From a virus (lineage: Duplodnaviria; Caudoviricetes): 50,884 nt of DNA. Under the pieces are notes generated by a model. That model was not told where the DNA came from, searched no databases, and worked only from the letters and a program-made list of their open reading frames with translations. Positions 18,624-29,300 of the stretch are shown here, piece after piece (positions within the stretch are counted from its first letter, which is position 1; each line of letters starts with the position of its first letter). The stretch spans positions 1 through 50,884 of the IMG/VR virus record IMGVR_UViG_3300045970_000272, one strand, 5' to 3'. Both the position numbers and the translations under genes were made by a program.

Positions 18624-20165
18624 ATGGCACAAGCACTACAAAGAATAATTGAGTCCAACTTCATCTTGGGTTACAACGACCGAGATAAGCCTGAGGATTT
18701 GCGCAACACCACAACGGGTGTGATTTTCATGTCAATGATTAAGAACGCCTTTGTGGAGCAGAACAAGATCATCAAGTGGCAGGGCTATCAGCACGTAGGC
18801 GACCACCTCGTATCAAAAATGATCCTTGGTCAAGACCGCCACGAACCGTACGGTGGGTCAAAGTACATTCTCCGCGCAATTGACAACGCTCTCGGGACTA
18901 ACTCTCAGATTGAGGGTTGGTCTGGCTCTGGTAACTGGACGGCACTCACGGGGGCAACCGCTCAAACCGCAGGCGCACGCACCAGCTTTGTAGTCGCCAA
19001 CAACTCCACCTACATCTTTAATGAAGCCAACGACGTGGTACTCAAGACTGCCAACGGAACCACCGCAACCACGGTCGCGGGTATTCCCAAGGGGTCAAAC
19101 GCCATCTGGTTCCACAACTTCCTATTTGTATGGGGCGTGAACACTGACCCGACCACACTTTTCATTTCAAACGTAAACGACCCAGAAACATTCAACCCGA
19201 CGACAGGGTTGTTACCCGTAAACAAGGGTGACAACGAACCCATCATCACCTGCCAGGTACTCGGTAATGAACTGTTCATTATCAAGAACAGCCGTGTATG
19301 GGCTTTGACGGGATTCGGTACTACCGACTTCACGTTGGACGACCTGGGTGCGCGAGTCACATCGGTGGGTTGTCCAGCCCCCCGAGGTGCGGTGTCCTCT
19401 GGGAATGATGTGTATTACATTTCATACAGGGGGTCAACACCTCATGTGCGCTCGATCAAACGCACCACTCAAGGAGCGGTTGTCGATGGAGGAATCCTGT
19501 CAGACGCCATCACGGGTACGATGAACCGCATCAACGTCAACCAAATCCACAAGGTTGTGGCAGAGTTTGATGGTCGCCGACTGTGGTTTGCCGTCCCTAT
19601 GGACTCCGCTACGGAGTGCAACGAGATCCTCGTCATGGACGTTATCAACAATGCTTGGACTCGGATTACAGGCGTGTACGTGGCAGATATGCACATTTCT
19701 ACAATCAGCGGTGCAGTTAAGCTCTACATCGGCGACTCACGCGCAAACGGTAAATCCCACTTGCTCAACAGCGGTAAATCCAACGACGGCGACCCGATCG
19801 ACTTCCAGGTCTTGTCACCGTTCTACAACCCCCAACCAGGCTACCAATCACGCTACAAATATATGTATTTGACCGCCGACACCGACCAGGACGTAACCTT
19901 GACGGTGGAATACTCGGTGGACGGTTTCACTTTCAATCCTCTGGCTACTCTCGACCTAACAGGACTTGGGTTTGCGTTCGGATTTGGAATGTTCGGTACG
20001 CATAAGTTTGGGGCAACAACGACTGTCAAACACCGCATGGATTGGGCGGGTGGCACTGCCTACTATATGCAATACCTCTTCGCCAATAACGCGGCCAACG
20101 AAGATGTAACATTAAGAGAGTGGGAAATCTTTTACCAAAATAGAGGCTTGCGAGCGACTAAATAA
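18624..20165 (+). CDS. Tail nozzle / DNA stabilisation protein (P22 gp10-like beta-propeller)
   Basis: 513 aa with propeller-type repeats (HNFLFV, LFIS...DPETF, ELFIIK, VGC.AP). Confidence 0.7.
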   Translation: MAQALQRIIESNFILGYNDRDKPEDLRNTTTGVIFMSMIKNAFVEQNKIIKWQGYQHVGDHLVSKMILGQDRHEPYGGSKYILRAIDNALGTNSQIEGWSGSGNWTALTGATAQTAGARTSFVVANNSTYIFNEANDVVLKTANGTTATTVAGIPKGSNAIWFHNFLFVWGVNTDPTTLFISNVNDPETFNPTTGLLPVNKGDNEPIITCQVLGNELFIIKNSRVWALTGFGTTDFTLDDLGARVTSVGCPAPRGAVSSGNDVYYISYRGSTPHVRSIKRTTQGAVVDGGILSDAITGTMNRINVNQIHKVVAEFDGRRLWFAVPMDSATECNEILVMDVINNAWTRITGVYVADMHISTISGAVKLYIGDSRANGKSHLLNSGKSNDGDPIDFQVLSPFYNPQPGYQSRYKYMYLTADTDQDVTLTVEYSVDGFTFNPLATLDLTGLGFAFGFGMFGTHKFGATTTVKHRMDWAGGTAYYMQYLFANNAANEDVTLREWEIFYQNRGLRATK

Positions 20166-20175
20166 GGAGGCATTT

Positions 20176-20784
20176 ATGGCATCAATAACCCAACAGTATG
20201 TCGCAGTAACAGGTGACACGCTCACGGCTGCGATCTGGAACACCGAGTTCCAAAACATCATCAACACTTTCAATGGAGGCATTTCCAACTCAAACATTCA
20301 GGTTGCTGCAGGCATCGCCTACAGTAAGCTCGCCTTGACTGGCGCAATCTTGAACGCTGATTTGGCAGGCTCAATCGCCGCCACCAAGGTGTCCGACACG
20401 GCTGTCACTCTGACCGCCACCCAGACTGTAAACAACAAGACTCTGCAAAACATCACAGTCAACGGCTCGTTGCACCCAATGGAAACCGTCACCTACAACT
20501 CCTCGCTGGTGTTTGACTTCAACCTGGTTACGTTCAAACCCAACCATAAATACTGCGTGTTAGGCGGTTCACCCATCATCACGTTCAGCAACATGGCAGA
20601 CGGTCAACTTGGAATTATTCATCTTGACCAGGGCGCAGGTGGGTTTACGGTTACCTGGCCCGCAGTTCGATGGGCTGGCGGAACAACTCCAGCTCTCAGT
20701 ACAGGCGCAAACAAGGTCGATACGTTCGGATTTATTAAGCATGGTACAGACGTATTCGGTTACGTCATAGGTAAGGGCATCTAA
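20176..20784 (+). CDS. Tail fibre protein
   Basis: WNTEFQNI anchor; C-terminal GGFTVTWPAVRWAGGTTPALST...DTFGF fibre domain. Confidence 0.7.
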   Translation: MASITQQYVAVTGDTLTAAIWNTEFQNIINTFNGGISNSNIQVAAGIAYSKLALTGAILNADLAGSIAATKVSDTAVTLTATQTVNNKTLQNITVNGSLHPMETVTYNSSLVFDFNLVTFKPNHKYCVLGGSPIITFSNMADGQLGIIHLDQGAGGFTVTWPAVRWAGGTTPALSTGANKVDTFGFIKHGTDVFGYVIGKGI

Positions 20785-22092
20785 ATGGCTGTTAATCAAA
20801 AAGTGGGTGAGTTCCAGCTAAGAACCTCACCAGGAACACAGAGCATCACAGGATTGGGTTTCCAACCCAAGGTCGTGCTGTTCTTCCACACTCCCGACAC
20901 GGTCGACATCGCCTCTCAAACCGCCAACTACAACATGAGCATCGGCGCGGACGACGGCACTTCCAAAGGTGCAATCTGTGAGTTCGCTCCCAACGGCAAC
21001 TCTGGAGCAGAAACCAACTACGTCGCTCAATGCTACGGCTGGTCGATAGTGGGGTCGGTTGACGCCTCCTCCATTTGGAGAGCGGGTATCAGCTCAATGG
21101 ACGCGGACGGCTTCACCATCACGGTGGCGGCTGCACCAACTCTGGGTTACCGAGTCGGTTACATGGCGATGGGCGGTGTGGGAATGACAGGCGTAAAAGT
21201 CGGTTACTTCCCCATGACCACAGGCGTGCAAACAATCTCAGGATTAGGCTTTCAACCCACAGGTTTGATCGCGTTCAGCGCAGGTTTGACCTCCCTCCCT
21301 CTCGACCCAGCGTTCGGCGGAAGCCACGCAAGCTCGGTAGGAATTGGCTTTAGTGACGGTGCTTTGATGCGCGGACACGGTGAGTGGCATCGCGCCTCTG
21401 GTGTGAGTGTCAAAGTCCGTGCCAGAACCGACCGCAACGACAATATGCTGGCGGCACCACTCTCCTCAACAGGATATGCGTACGCTTTCTCCTTTGGGGC
21501 GTTCAACGCCGACGGGTTTACTATCTCAAACAACGTGAACGGCGGAAGCGCGTACGCCTTTTATGTCGCCTTCAACGGCGCAACGGTTAGTGTCGGCAAC
21601 ATCACCTCCCCAGCAGTCACGGGCGCGTTCTCGATTACAGGGCTTTCATTCAACCCCAACGCAGTCTTAATGGCTTCCTCCTGGCAACCCACCTACAACT
21701 CAATCATAGGGGGTGGAACGACACCGAATGGCCCGGGATCAATGTTGTCCTTGGGTTTTGGGACGGCTTCCACCGAACAGTTAACAATGGGCGCGACCGC
21801 CATCGACTTTACCGTTACATCGGTAGAAGCGCACCACTCCGACAGCACCAAATTAATGAAGCGGTACTCGACCAATCCGTTCACCACGCTCGAGATGGAT
21901 TTTGCACTCGCCAACTTCGGTACGGGTCAGATAGACTTAATGTGTACCACGGCAAGTGCCACCACCAGCGTCATCTCCTATATGGCTATCCAGGGAGATG
22001 CAATCACGCCACCAACACCACCAACCGATCCAACAGGGGGAAGCGGGGGTCCCGATAGTCCCGATAGCATATTTTTGATGAATTTTGTCTAA
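20785..22092 (+). CDS. Tail fibre / receptor-binding protein with three internal repeats
   Basis: Three QSITGLGFQP / QTISGLGFQP / FSITGLSFNP repeats, with DADGFTI / NADGFTI. Confidence 0.7.
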   Translation: MAVNQKVGEFQLRTSPGTQSITGLGFQPKVVLFFHTPDTVDIASQTANYNMSIGADDGTSKGAICEFAPNGNSGAETNYVAQCYGWSIVGSVDASSIWRAGISSMDADGFTITVAAAPTLGYRVGYMAMGGVGMTGVKVGYFPMTTGVQTISGLGFQPTGLIAFSAGLTSLPLDPAFGGSHASSVGIGFSDGALMRGHGEWHRASGVSVKVRARTDRNDNMLAAPLSSTGYAYAFSFGAFNADGFTISNNVNGGSAYAFYVAFNGATVSVGNITSPAVTGAFSITGLSFNPNAVLMASSWQPTYNSIIGGGTTPNGPGSMLSLGFGTASTEQLTMGATAIDFTVTSVEAHHSDSTKLMKRYSTNPFTTLEMDFALANFGTGQIDLMCTTASATTSVISYMAIQGDAITPPTPPTDPTGGSGGPDSPDSIFLMNFV

Positions 22093-22101
22093 GGAGGAAC
22101 A

Positions 22102-23187
22102 ATGAGGTCTGTAAACATCTTCGGCTTACAATTGGACGTACCAGAAAGCGTCAACGATGTGGCGACTCTTGCACAGCGCGCACCATCAAACATGAACTTC
22201 AACGCTCCGTCTGCCATCATTCAGACGCTTGGTGCTAACAAGAACCTGCAAACGGCTAACGCTGTGGCGCGTATGCAGCCCGCAGTCGCTCCATTTGTAC
22301 CAACTTTGTCAAATGGTCAGCCGATGAACGTACCAGTCAACACCACCAGCACTACAAACACGACCTACAACACTCCTGGGACGATCACATCTGGTGGGGC
22401 TACAACACTTTCCCAGGAAATACCCAATGTTAAGCCTTTCTCGTACGATTGGACGGGTGAGGAGAACAAAGCGTACACAAGTTTGGAAGCTTTTTACAAC
22501 AAGTTACTGGATTTCTCGGGCGGCAAGCTGGATCTCGCCAAACGTATCCTTGAATACACCTACCAACAGGGCTTGCGTGAAACCAAAGACACCTACGACA
22601 GCCAAAAGGGTGAGTACGAGCGGTTGTTCCCACAGGAGAACGCGCAGCTTTCCACCAATCTTAATAAGAGAGGGGTGTTGGACTCAGGGTTTGGTAAAAG
22701 TGACGTCGGTGTACTAAAAGCTGGTCAGGACGCGCGTATGTTGGCGGTAGAGAACGCCAAAGCCAACAAGGAGAGCCGATTATCCGCACAACGAGGGTTT
22801 GATTTGGAAACCAATGCTAAAACGTCCGAGGAGGAGAAGTTCAACTTAGAGCGACAACGCCGACAAGAGGCTCAACAGATGGCGTCCAGAACTTACGGAA
22901 TTAAGGGCGATCAGTACAACAGCCAACTCCAAGTCGCTCAACAGGCGGAAGCACGCCGAGTGCAGGGGCTAACCAACAACGCTACTCAGGGGATAATTGG
23001 GGGCGCAACCACAGGAGCGTCCGCCACTTCCTCAGGCTCAAGACCGTCTGGTTATGGCGTAGGCGATGACGAATTCAAACGATTTATGCAGTCTACAGGG
23101 AAACAGGCTGAACTCGATAAAGCGACATCAGGCTCAACCCAACAAGGCGCGCAATATTATGCAATGAAGAGAAGTTACGGATTCTAA
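22102..23187 (+). CDS. Putative DNA ejection (internal virion) protein
   Basis: 361 aa, Q/A/T-rich and helical; LNKRGVLDSG; follows the tail genes. Confidence 0.55.
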   Translation: MRSVNIFGLQLDVPESVNDVATLAQRAPSNMNFNAPSAIIQTLGANKNLQTANAVARMQPAVAPFVPTLSNGQPMNVPVNTTSTTNTTYNTPGTITSGGATTLSQEIPNVKPFSYDWTGEENKAYTSLEAFYNKLLDFSGGKLDLAKRILEYTYQQGLRETKDTYDSQKGEYERLFPQENAQLSTNLNKRGVLDSGFGKSDVGVLKAGQDARMLAVENAKANKESRLSAQRGFDLETNAKTSEEEKFNLERQRRQEAQQMASRTYGIKGDQYNSQLQVAQQAEARRVQGLTNNATQGIIGGATTGASATSSGSRPSGYGVGDDEFKRFMQSTGKQAELDKATSGSTQQGAQYYAMKRSYGF

Positions 23188-23196
23188 AGGAGGATT

Positions 23197-24645
23197 ATGG
23201 CAGACAACCCTATTCTTGATGCACAAGGCACGATGGCTAACAACAACCCGAGCATCATTTCTGATACCTACACGGGTGCAAAAGCTCCCGAGAACACCAC
23301 CATTCCTTTGCAGGCTGCACCGCCAGCTCCAGCTCCAACCATGCCCTCGGTGTCGCCGAGCATGACTCAAGCCAATGACGTTATAAGCAACCTTTCAAGC
23401 CAACTTTACAGCGGTGGTCCCGTAGCGGGCATGGAGAACCAGCGCGCAGCCATGCTGGGCGAACTGGCTGGTTACGACTCCCAACTCGGTCAGGTGTACG
23501 GCGGACAATCACCGTTCCCAACCGTCCCTGGTTATGTGGACAACCCGAACGACTTAATGGGCGGATTGTCGTCCATCTCTGGCATGACCGCAGGAAACAT
23601 CGGCAGAACCACAGGAGCTATCGACACCACCGAGCGCGCGTATCAACTCGCCACCTCCACGGTAATGAGTCAATTCATGGACTTTATGAAGCAACAGAGT
23701 GCCGACAGGTTCAACGAACAGCAACTCCAAATTGAAAAGGAGAAGCTTCAACTTGAACGCGAGAAGGCTGGTGCTGGTTCCCAAAACAATATGCTCAAGA
23801 TACTGGCTGCCTGGTCGGGCGTATCGCTTGACGATGCGGGCGGATTATCTCTGGACAAGGTTAGTAAAGAGCTTCAAACAATGACTCCCGAACAGAAGCA
23901 GGCGCGCAAACTGTCCGCTATGGCATACGCCAAAGACCCCGCGGAAGCAAAACAACTCAACGACTTATTTGACACCTACTCCAAGGGCGGAACGGCAGGC
24001 ATGGTATCTCCAGAAGATCGTGTGGCGGTGTCCAGCTTGAGGAAAGAGTTCCAAACTTCTACCTCAGACTTTGATGCGGTGCGCACGTCCTACGTGAACG
24101 CCAAGGCTGCAACCGACTCTCCAATGGGTGACGAAACGCTTGCGCAAGCCTACTTGGTATCGTTGAACCCACGGTCTTTCACCACGGGTACGGCGTCAAA
24201 GCTTGACCTGTTCAAGAACGCTGAGTCGTTACCTGGCAAGATGGGTGACGCTTACAGGAAGATTGTCCTGGGACGTAGCTTAAGTGCCGACCAACGCCAA
24301 GAGATGATTCAAAACATCGAGAACAAGTTCAAAGAGTATGAAAAGCAATACAAAACGATCGTCGGCAATTACAAGCAACTCTCCGAGTCGTACGGACTTG
24401 ATCCTCAAACCATCATCGACAATCCTTATGGCAATGGCTACGGGCTTGCAATTTTGAACAGAAACCTGGACAGTGAATATGCGGGGATAACAACTCCCCA
24501 GGGTTATTTAGCACCCACGCAAGCACCCGAGATTGACGTCAACCAGTATATCAAAGGGAATGAAATCACCTACCCCTCTGGCAACCCAATCAAAGATTTA
24601 TTAACACCAAAGAAATACCCCGTTGAACCAAATTACGGTGGATAG
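23197..24645 (+). CDS. Putative DNA ejection protein
   Basis: 482 aa; LRKEF...D.....AYLVSLNP...LSADQR pattern; located in the ejectosome block. Confidence 0.55.
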   Translation: MADNPILDAQGTMANNNPSIISDTYTGAKAPENTTIPLQAAPPAPAPTMPSVSPSMTQANDVISNLSSQLYSGGPVAGMENQRAAMLGELAGYDSQLGQVYGGQSPFPTVPGYVDNPNDLMGGLSSISGMTAGNIGRTTGAIDTTERAYQLATSTVMSQFMDFMKQQSADRFNEQQLQIEKEKLQLEREKAGAGSQNNMLKILAAWSGVSLDDAGGLSLDKVSKELQTMTPEQKQARKLSAMAYAKDPAEAKQLNDLFDTYSKGGTAGMVSPEDRVAVSSLRKEFQTSTSDFDAVRTSYVNAKAATDSPMGDETLAQAYLVSLNPRSFTTGTASKLDLFKNAESLPGKMGDAYRKIVLGRSLSADQRQEMIQNIENKFKEYEKQYKTIVGNYKQLSESYGLDPQTIIDNPYGNGYGLAILNRNLDSEYAGITTPQGYLAPTQAPEIDVNQYIKGNEITYPSGNPIKDLLTPKKYPVEPNYGG

Positions 24646-24655
24646 CAGGAGGAAT

Positions 24656-26302
24656 ATGGCAGAACTCGATGTCGACAAACTAAAGATTGATCACCCCTAC
24701 CTGGACGATGCGCAGATTGATGCATTGGCGGCAAAGGCTAATTTGACCAGAAGCGATCGCACCTTTATGGGGCGATTAGCTGGCGGTGCAAAGGCGGTCA
24801 CCGATGTTCTGTTCCCCACAGCTAAAGATTACGTTGGTCGTGCGTGGTCTGACCCACAATCTTTCAAAAGCACTCAAATGGAAAATGTGGCTCACCAACA
24901 GGTAAAGAACGGTGATTGGGCTTCGGCAGTTAAGGGTTTACCAGCCTATTTGGGTCAATCATTCTCTGAACAGATTGCCCCTGCGGGCGAGGTCGCTCCC
25001 TGGCTTATGCCACCTGCAAAAGCGTTCGGTATGGCGTCCCCCGTGGCGCGTATCGCCAACATGGGATTAACAGGCATGAGTGGTGGAGCCGTCCGAGGAT
25101 TTACCGCCCCTGCTGCAACCGCCGAGAAACGGATTGAAACTGGAGTGATGTCGTCTTTAGCAGGTCTTGGCACAGGTTTGGCATTTGGTGCGGGATCAGA
25201 GAAGATCTCCTCATTAAGAAACGCCGCGAACTTGCGCAAACTCCAAGAGCAACAGGCTGCCAACGTGGGAAACATTGACACCATCGCCTCTTTACCCCCA
25301 GACGTTGTCCCGGACCAAATTAACCTCGATAACATCCTGACTCCCAGAAAGACCTACGCCCCCACTCAGGGCGAGCAGATGATTTTGGAGCAGTTCAAGG
25401 TGGGGTCACGCGCAGCGCAACGCTCCCTCCGACTTCCTCAAACCATTAAGAATATCAATGAATACGGCTTATTAAGCTCTGACTTCAATAAAATGGGTCA
25501 ACAGGCTGAACAGGCTGGTAGGTTGGTCGACCATGTGGTCAACTACTCGTTACCTCCAGTCCCTGTCAACGTCGATGAGGCAATGTCTGCTGCAAAACAG
25601 GCGTCAACTTACGCCGTTGGCGTAACCGACCGAGATGTAAACGCTGTCATGCAAAAGATCGCTGACACCACCAAGTACGGCGACACCATCGGTTTCCAAA
25701 ACGCTGACGTAGCGATGGATACCTACCGCAAGATTAGAAACTTTGGAATGATCCAGGCAAGCAAGGCTGTGCGCGGCGGAGAGGCTGGTCAATTCAGCCA
25801 AATGTCCGACCCTGCTGCAGAGAGTTTGGCAGACATTTATTTTGCTTTCTCCGACAAATTGCTCGCCAATATCAACCGAGATGTTGGTGGTGCGCCCGTA
25901 GCGGCTGCTAAAACACCTCAAGTAATGGCGGTTGCAGAGAAGATCAGTCCGCTCTTGGCGCAGAAGCTTAATGCAGCAACAACCGTGGGTGAAATCAACA
26001 GGATTGGTGCAGACTTTTGGAGATTATTGGGTGGAATCAACATGACCAACGACGCAGCAACGTCCCCCATTTACAACGCCATGCTTAAGTCGGGTGGGAT
26101 GATCCCTGCTATAGCGCGCGCTACCATTCAAAGCCGTCCCGTTGCGATTGAGGGGGGTAAGGCTCTCATCAACGCCACCAACTCACTCACCAACCCCGCG
26201 CTGATGCCTGTTTACGACAAAGTTCAGTCATTAGTGAAGCCTGCGATGAGGGTTCTGACACCATTCATTACGGGTTCCACGGTTAAGCAGGTTAACCAAT
26301 AA
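24656..26302 (+). CDS. Putative DNA ejection protein
   Basis: ATG at 24656 follows AGGAGG; G/A-rich hydrophobic stretch. Confidence 0.55.
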   Translation: MAELDVDKLKIDHPYLDDAQIDALAAKANLTRSDRTFMGRLAGGAKAVTDVLFPTAKDYVGRAWSDPQSFKSTQMENVAHQQVKNGDWASAVKGLPAYLGQSFSEQIAPAGEVAPWLMPPAKAFGMASPVARIANMGLTGMSGGAVRGFTAPAATAEKRIETGVMSSLAGLGTGLAFGAGSEKISSLRNAANLRKLQEQQAANVGNIDTIASLPPDVVPDQINLDNILTPRKTYAPTQGEQMILEQFKVGSRAAQRSLRLPQTIKNINEYGLLSSDFNKMGQQAEQAGRLVDHVVNYSLPPVPVNVDEAMSAAKQASTYAVGVTDRDVNAVMQKIADTTKYGDTIGFQNADVAMDTYRKIRNFGMIQASKAVRGGEAGQFSQMSDPAAESLADIYFAFSDKLLANINRDVGGAPVAAAKTPQVMAVAEKISPLLAQKLNAATTVGEINRIGADFWRLLGGINMTNDAATSPIYNAMLKSGGMIPAIARATIQSRPVAIEGGKALINATNSLTNPALMPVYDKVQSLVKPAMRVLTPFITGSTVKQVNQ

Positions 26303-26377
26303 CAGTCTAACTACAGGAGTGCCAATTAAAAAGTAACACAGAATAGGTTGATATAGCGCAATATAAAGGAGCCGTTT

Positions 26378-29300
26378 ATGCCCATAACAAACCAAAGAAT
26401 ACCAAAACCTCTCAATGATTTCACCAACGGACTCAAAACCGCAGGCAGAAACGTGGCGATGGCTATCCCATCACTTCCCGAACTACGACAGGGAGTCAAA
26501 GACTTCCCTAAATCGTTCGGTGAGTTCACCAAAGCAATTCCTGAGGGCATGGGTTTGGCGATGCGCGCTGCCGATCCAGTATCCGCGTTAGGTGGAGAGC
26601 TTTTGGGTCAGGAATCACCCGACCCCACCAGAACTTTGCAACGTAACGGTCCCGACGAGGGGTTAGCCTCACGAACTGCCAAAGCAATCTATGAGGGTAA
26701 GAGTTTGTACGGCGGGTTACGCCAAAAGGGTGTTCACCCTGCGTTAGCGTTTGGTGCAGAAATGCTCACTCCTTCAATGTGGAACCTGACCGCTATTGGT
26801 CAAGCTGCGAAGAACTTCTCAGGTGGTGTTAAGATTAACAAGGCGTCCCCCACGGCTGTTTTGAAGGCTGTCGGTGACTTCGCCAAAGAGTCTGGCACGT
26901 CCCTTTCCACCCCCCAAATGGCGGGTATCGCTGCAGGGTTCCAACCTGAGTTTGACGAGAACGGCAACTTCAAAGGTATGGGTTACAACGAGAAGCGCGC
27001 AGGTGCGGCACTCCTTATACTCAACCTCGGCTTACCCGTTGCAGGCATGATTGCAGGTAAAGCTGCTAAGGGCTTCAAAGATGGCAACCAATTCAACCGT
27101 ATCGCTGACGGTGCGGAGGGCGCGACCAAGTTTGAAATCCCCGACGTCGACGCAAAGATTAACCTAAACGACGAGAGCATGAAGGGCTTAATCCGCTCGG
27201 GCGGAGAAGTCACCTACAAGCTGGGCGACGTACTCGATCACAAGGGATTATTTGAGGGCTACCCTGAACTCAAGGACGTGGACGTGACGATTGCGCGCAA
27301 TAACGACGCTTTCACCAACAAGACCGCGTTGGCAGAGTCCAACACCGACACCAACGGCATCACAATCCGACCCGTGGGTAACGTCGACCAATTCCGACGC
27401 AACCTGCTCCATGAAATAGAACACTTCGTTCAAAACATTGAGGGGTTCCAAACTGGCACACTCCCCGAGAAGATGGACATTGACCCCCAATTGGCTATCC
27501 AGCGCAACGTGCTGATGCAGGCGCGTGTCGCCACCGAACTCAAGGAGAAACTTGGGTCTTGGGAGGCTGCGTCCACTCAAATGGCAAACGACATCAACCC
27601 AGAAATAGCCAAATCCGCCGTCAGTGCTGCCAAACAGTACGATGGGTTGGAGGACATCAAACTTGCTCAACAGAACATTAAGAGCGCAATAGAACTTGAT
27701 ACCTGGGAGAAGTACAACAATATGCCTGGTGAGTCCGAGGCGGGTGCGGTTGAAACGCGCGCCAGTATGACCCCAGAACAGCTCGCCAGCACCGACCCGT
27801 ACGCAGCTCCAAAACTTGCTAATTCGGGGGAAATGGGTAATATACCCAAGCCTATGTCAAACATCCGCCCAGAGGACGCTGATTGGATTAAGCGTTCCGT
27901 AGACGACGTTGAATTAATGCCAAATCAGTTCCGTAACAACCTCGAGGACGCTGGGGTTGACCCCGCTATCACCGACAGACTTGTTAATATCAAAAATGAT
28001 GTGGCGCGATACAAGAACGACCCAGAAACGTTGCAAACCATCAAACAAGACTTGGAAAGCGTAATAGGATACCGTGGCAGAGGCGCAGTTCCCCCATCAA
28101 CTCTTGATGTACGAGCAGAAGCCAAAGCTGGTCTTGAACGTTACAACGGCACGAACGCAGGCGATGGGTACGACTATCCTGGCGTTGCTGGCAAAGTCCC
28201 CCAACCTGCCGATGACTCCGCCTGGGTCAAAGACCAGCTCGTAAATGACGATATGTCCTCCGATGAGGAGATGTACAAGCTGTTCGTCGACAACGGCATC
28301 AATCCCGCGCAAGCCAAAGAGGTAATTAAGCTCCGACAGTCGGTAATGACCGACCCCTACGCTGGAATGAACGGTAGTCCCCAAATGAACGCCGTTGAGA
28401 AGATCATGGGCGTAACCCCCAGCGAGAGCGCCGTTCCTGGCGTGTCGCAAGCCGACCTTGTCGCAGCCATGAAGAAGACCGCTGGCAAAGTCCCTGCACC
28501 GACTGGAGATGTGGGATCTAATTCCCTTCCGTACAAGCGAGCGTTCTCTTCACAACAAGAATACATTGATAACGTCAATTATCTAAGAAAATTGAAAGTG
28601 CCTGAATCAGAAATTGCCAGGATTGTCCCAACTGTCCAAGACCCCAGCACCTACAACGAGACGGTCACGGGCGGTAAATATGTTCCTCAAAAATTAAACG
28701 CCATAAGCTCTAGAGAGGGCATACTGAATGGAACTATCAAAGACCTTGAGAGTCAAATCCAGGCTGAAATATCTAGTGGCGCGCAACCATACCAGTACCG
28801 ACAGATCCAGGACGAATTGACCAAGGCTAATAACGATCTTTATGACCTGCAGCAATATAAATCTGGGGTGTCTGGCAAGGTTCCTTCTCCAGAATTACAA
28901 ACCAAATTAGACCAAAACAAAGCAATACAACAGGAAATTCAGGATCACCTGGACGATCCAATGGTCAACCCAAACGACCCAGATACATTGGAATACAAAC
29001 GAGAATTAAATAAACTCGCCCTAGAGGAAACTAAATTGTGGGAAGCCATTCATGGGGACGACCTCAAAGTGGCTGGCAAGGTTCCCCAACCTGACGACTA
29101 CACGGAGTGGACATTCACAGGTAAAGATGGAACTAAGACTACTGTGAATGGACTACGGCTAAAAGAAATGGGGATGGATATTGCCGACTATATTACCCAG
29201 GAGGGTGGTCAACCGTTTGATGTAAAAGTAAATGAAAACCCCGTTTATGGTGGCGACACGAATTACGATACCACCAAACCAGACTCTCTATTTGACTCGA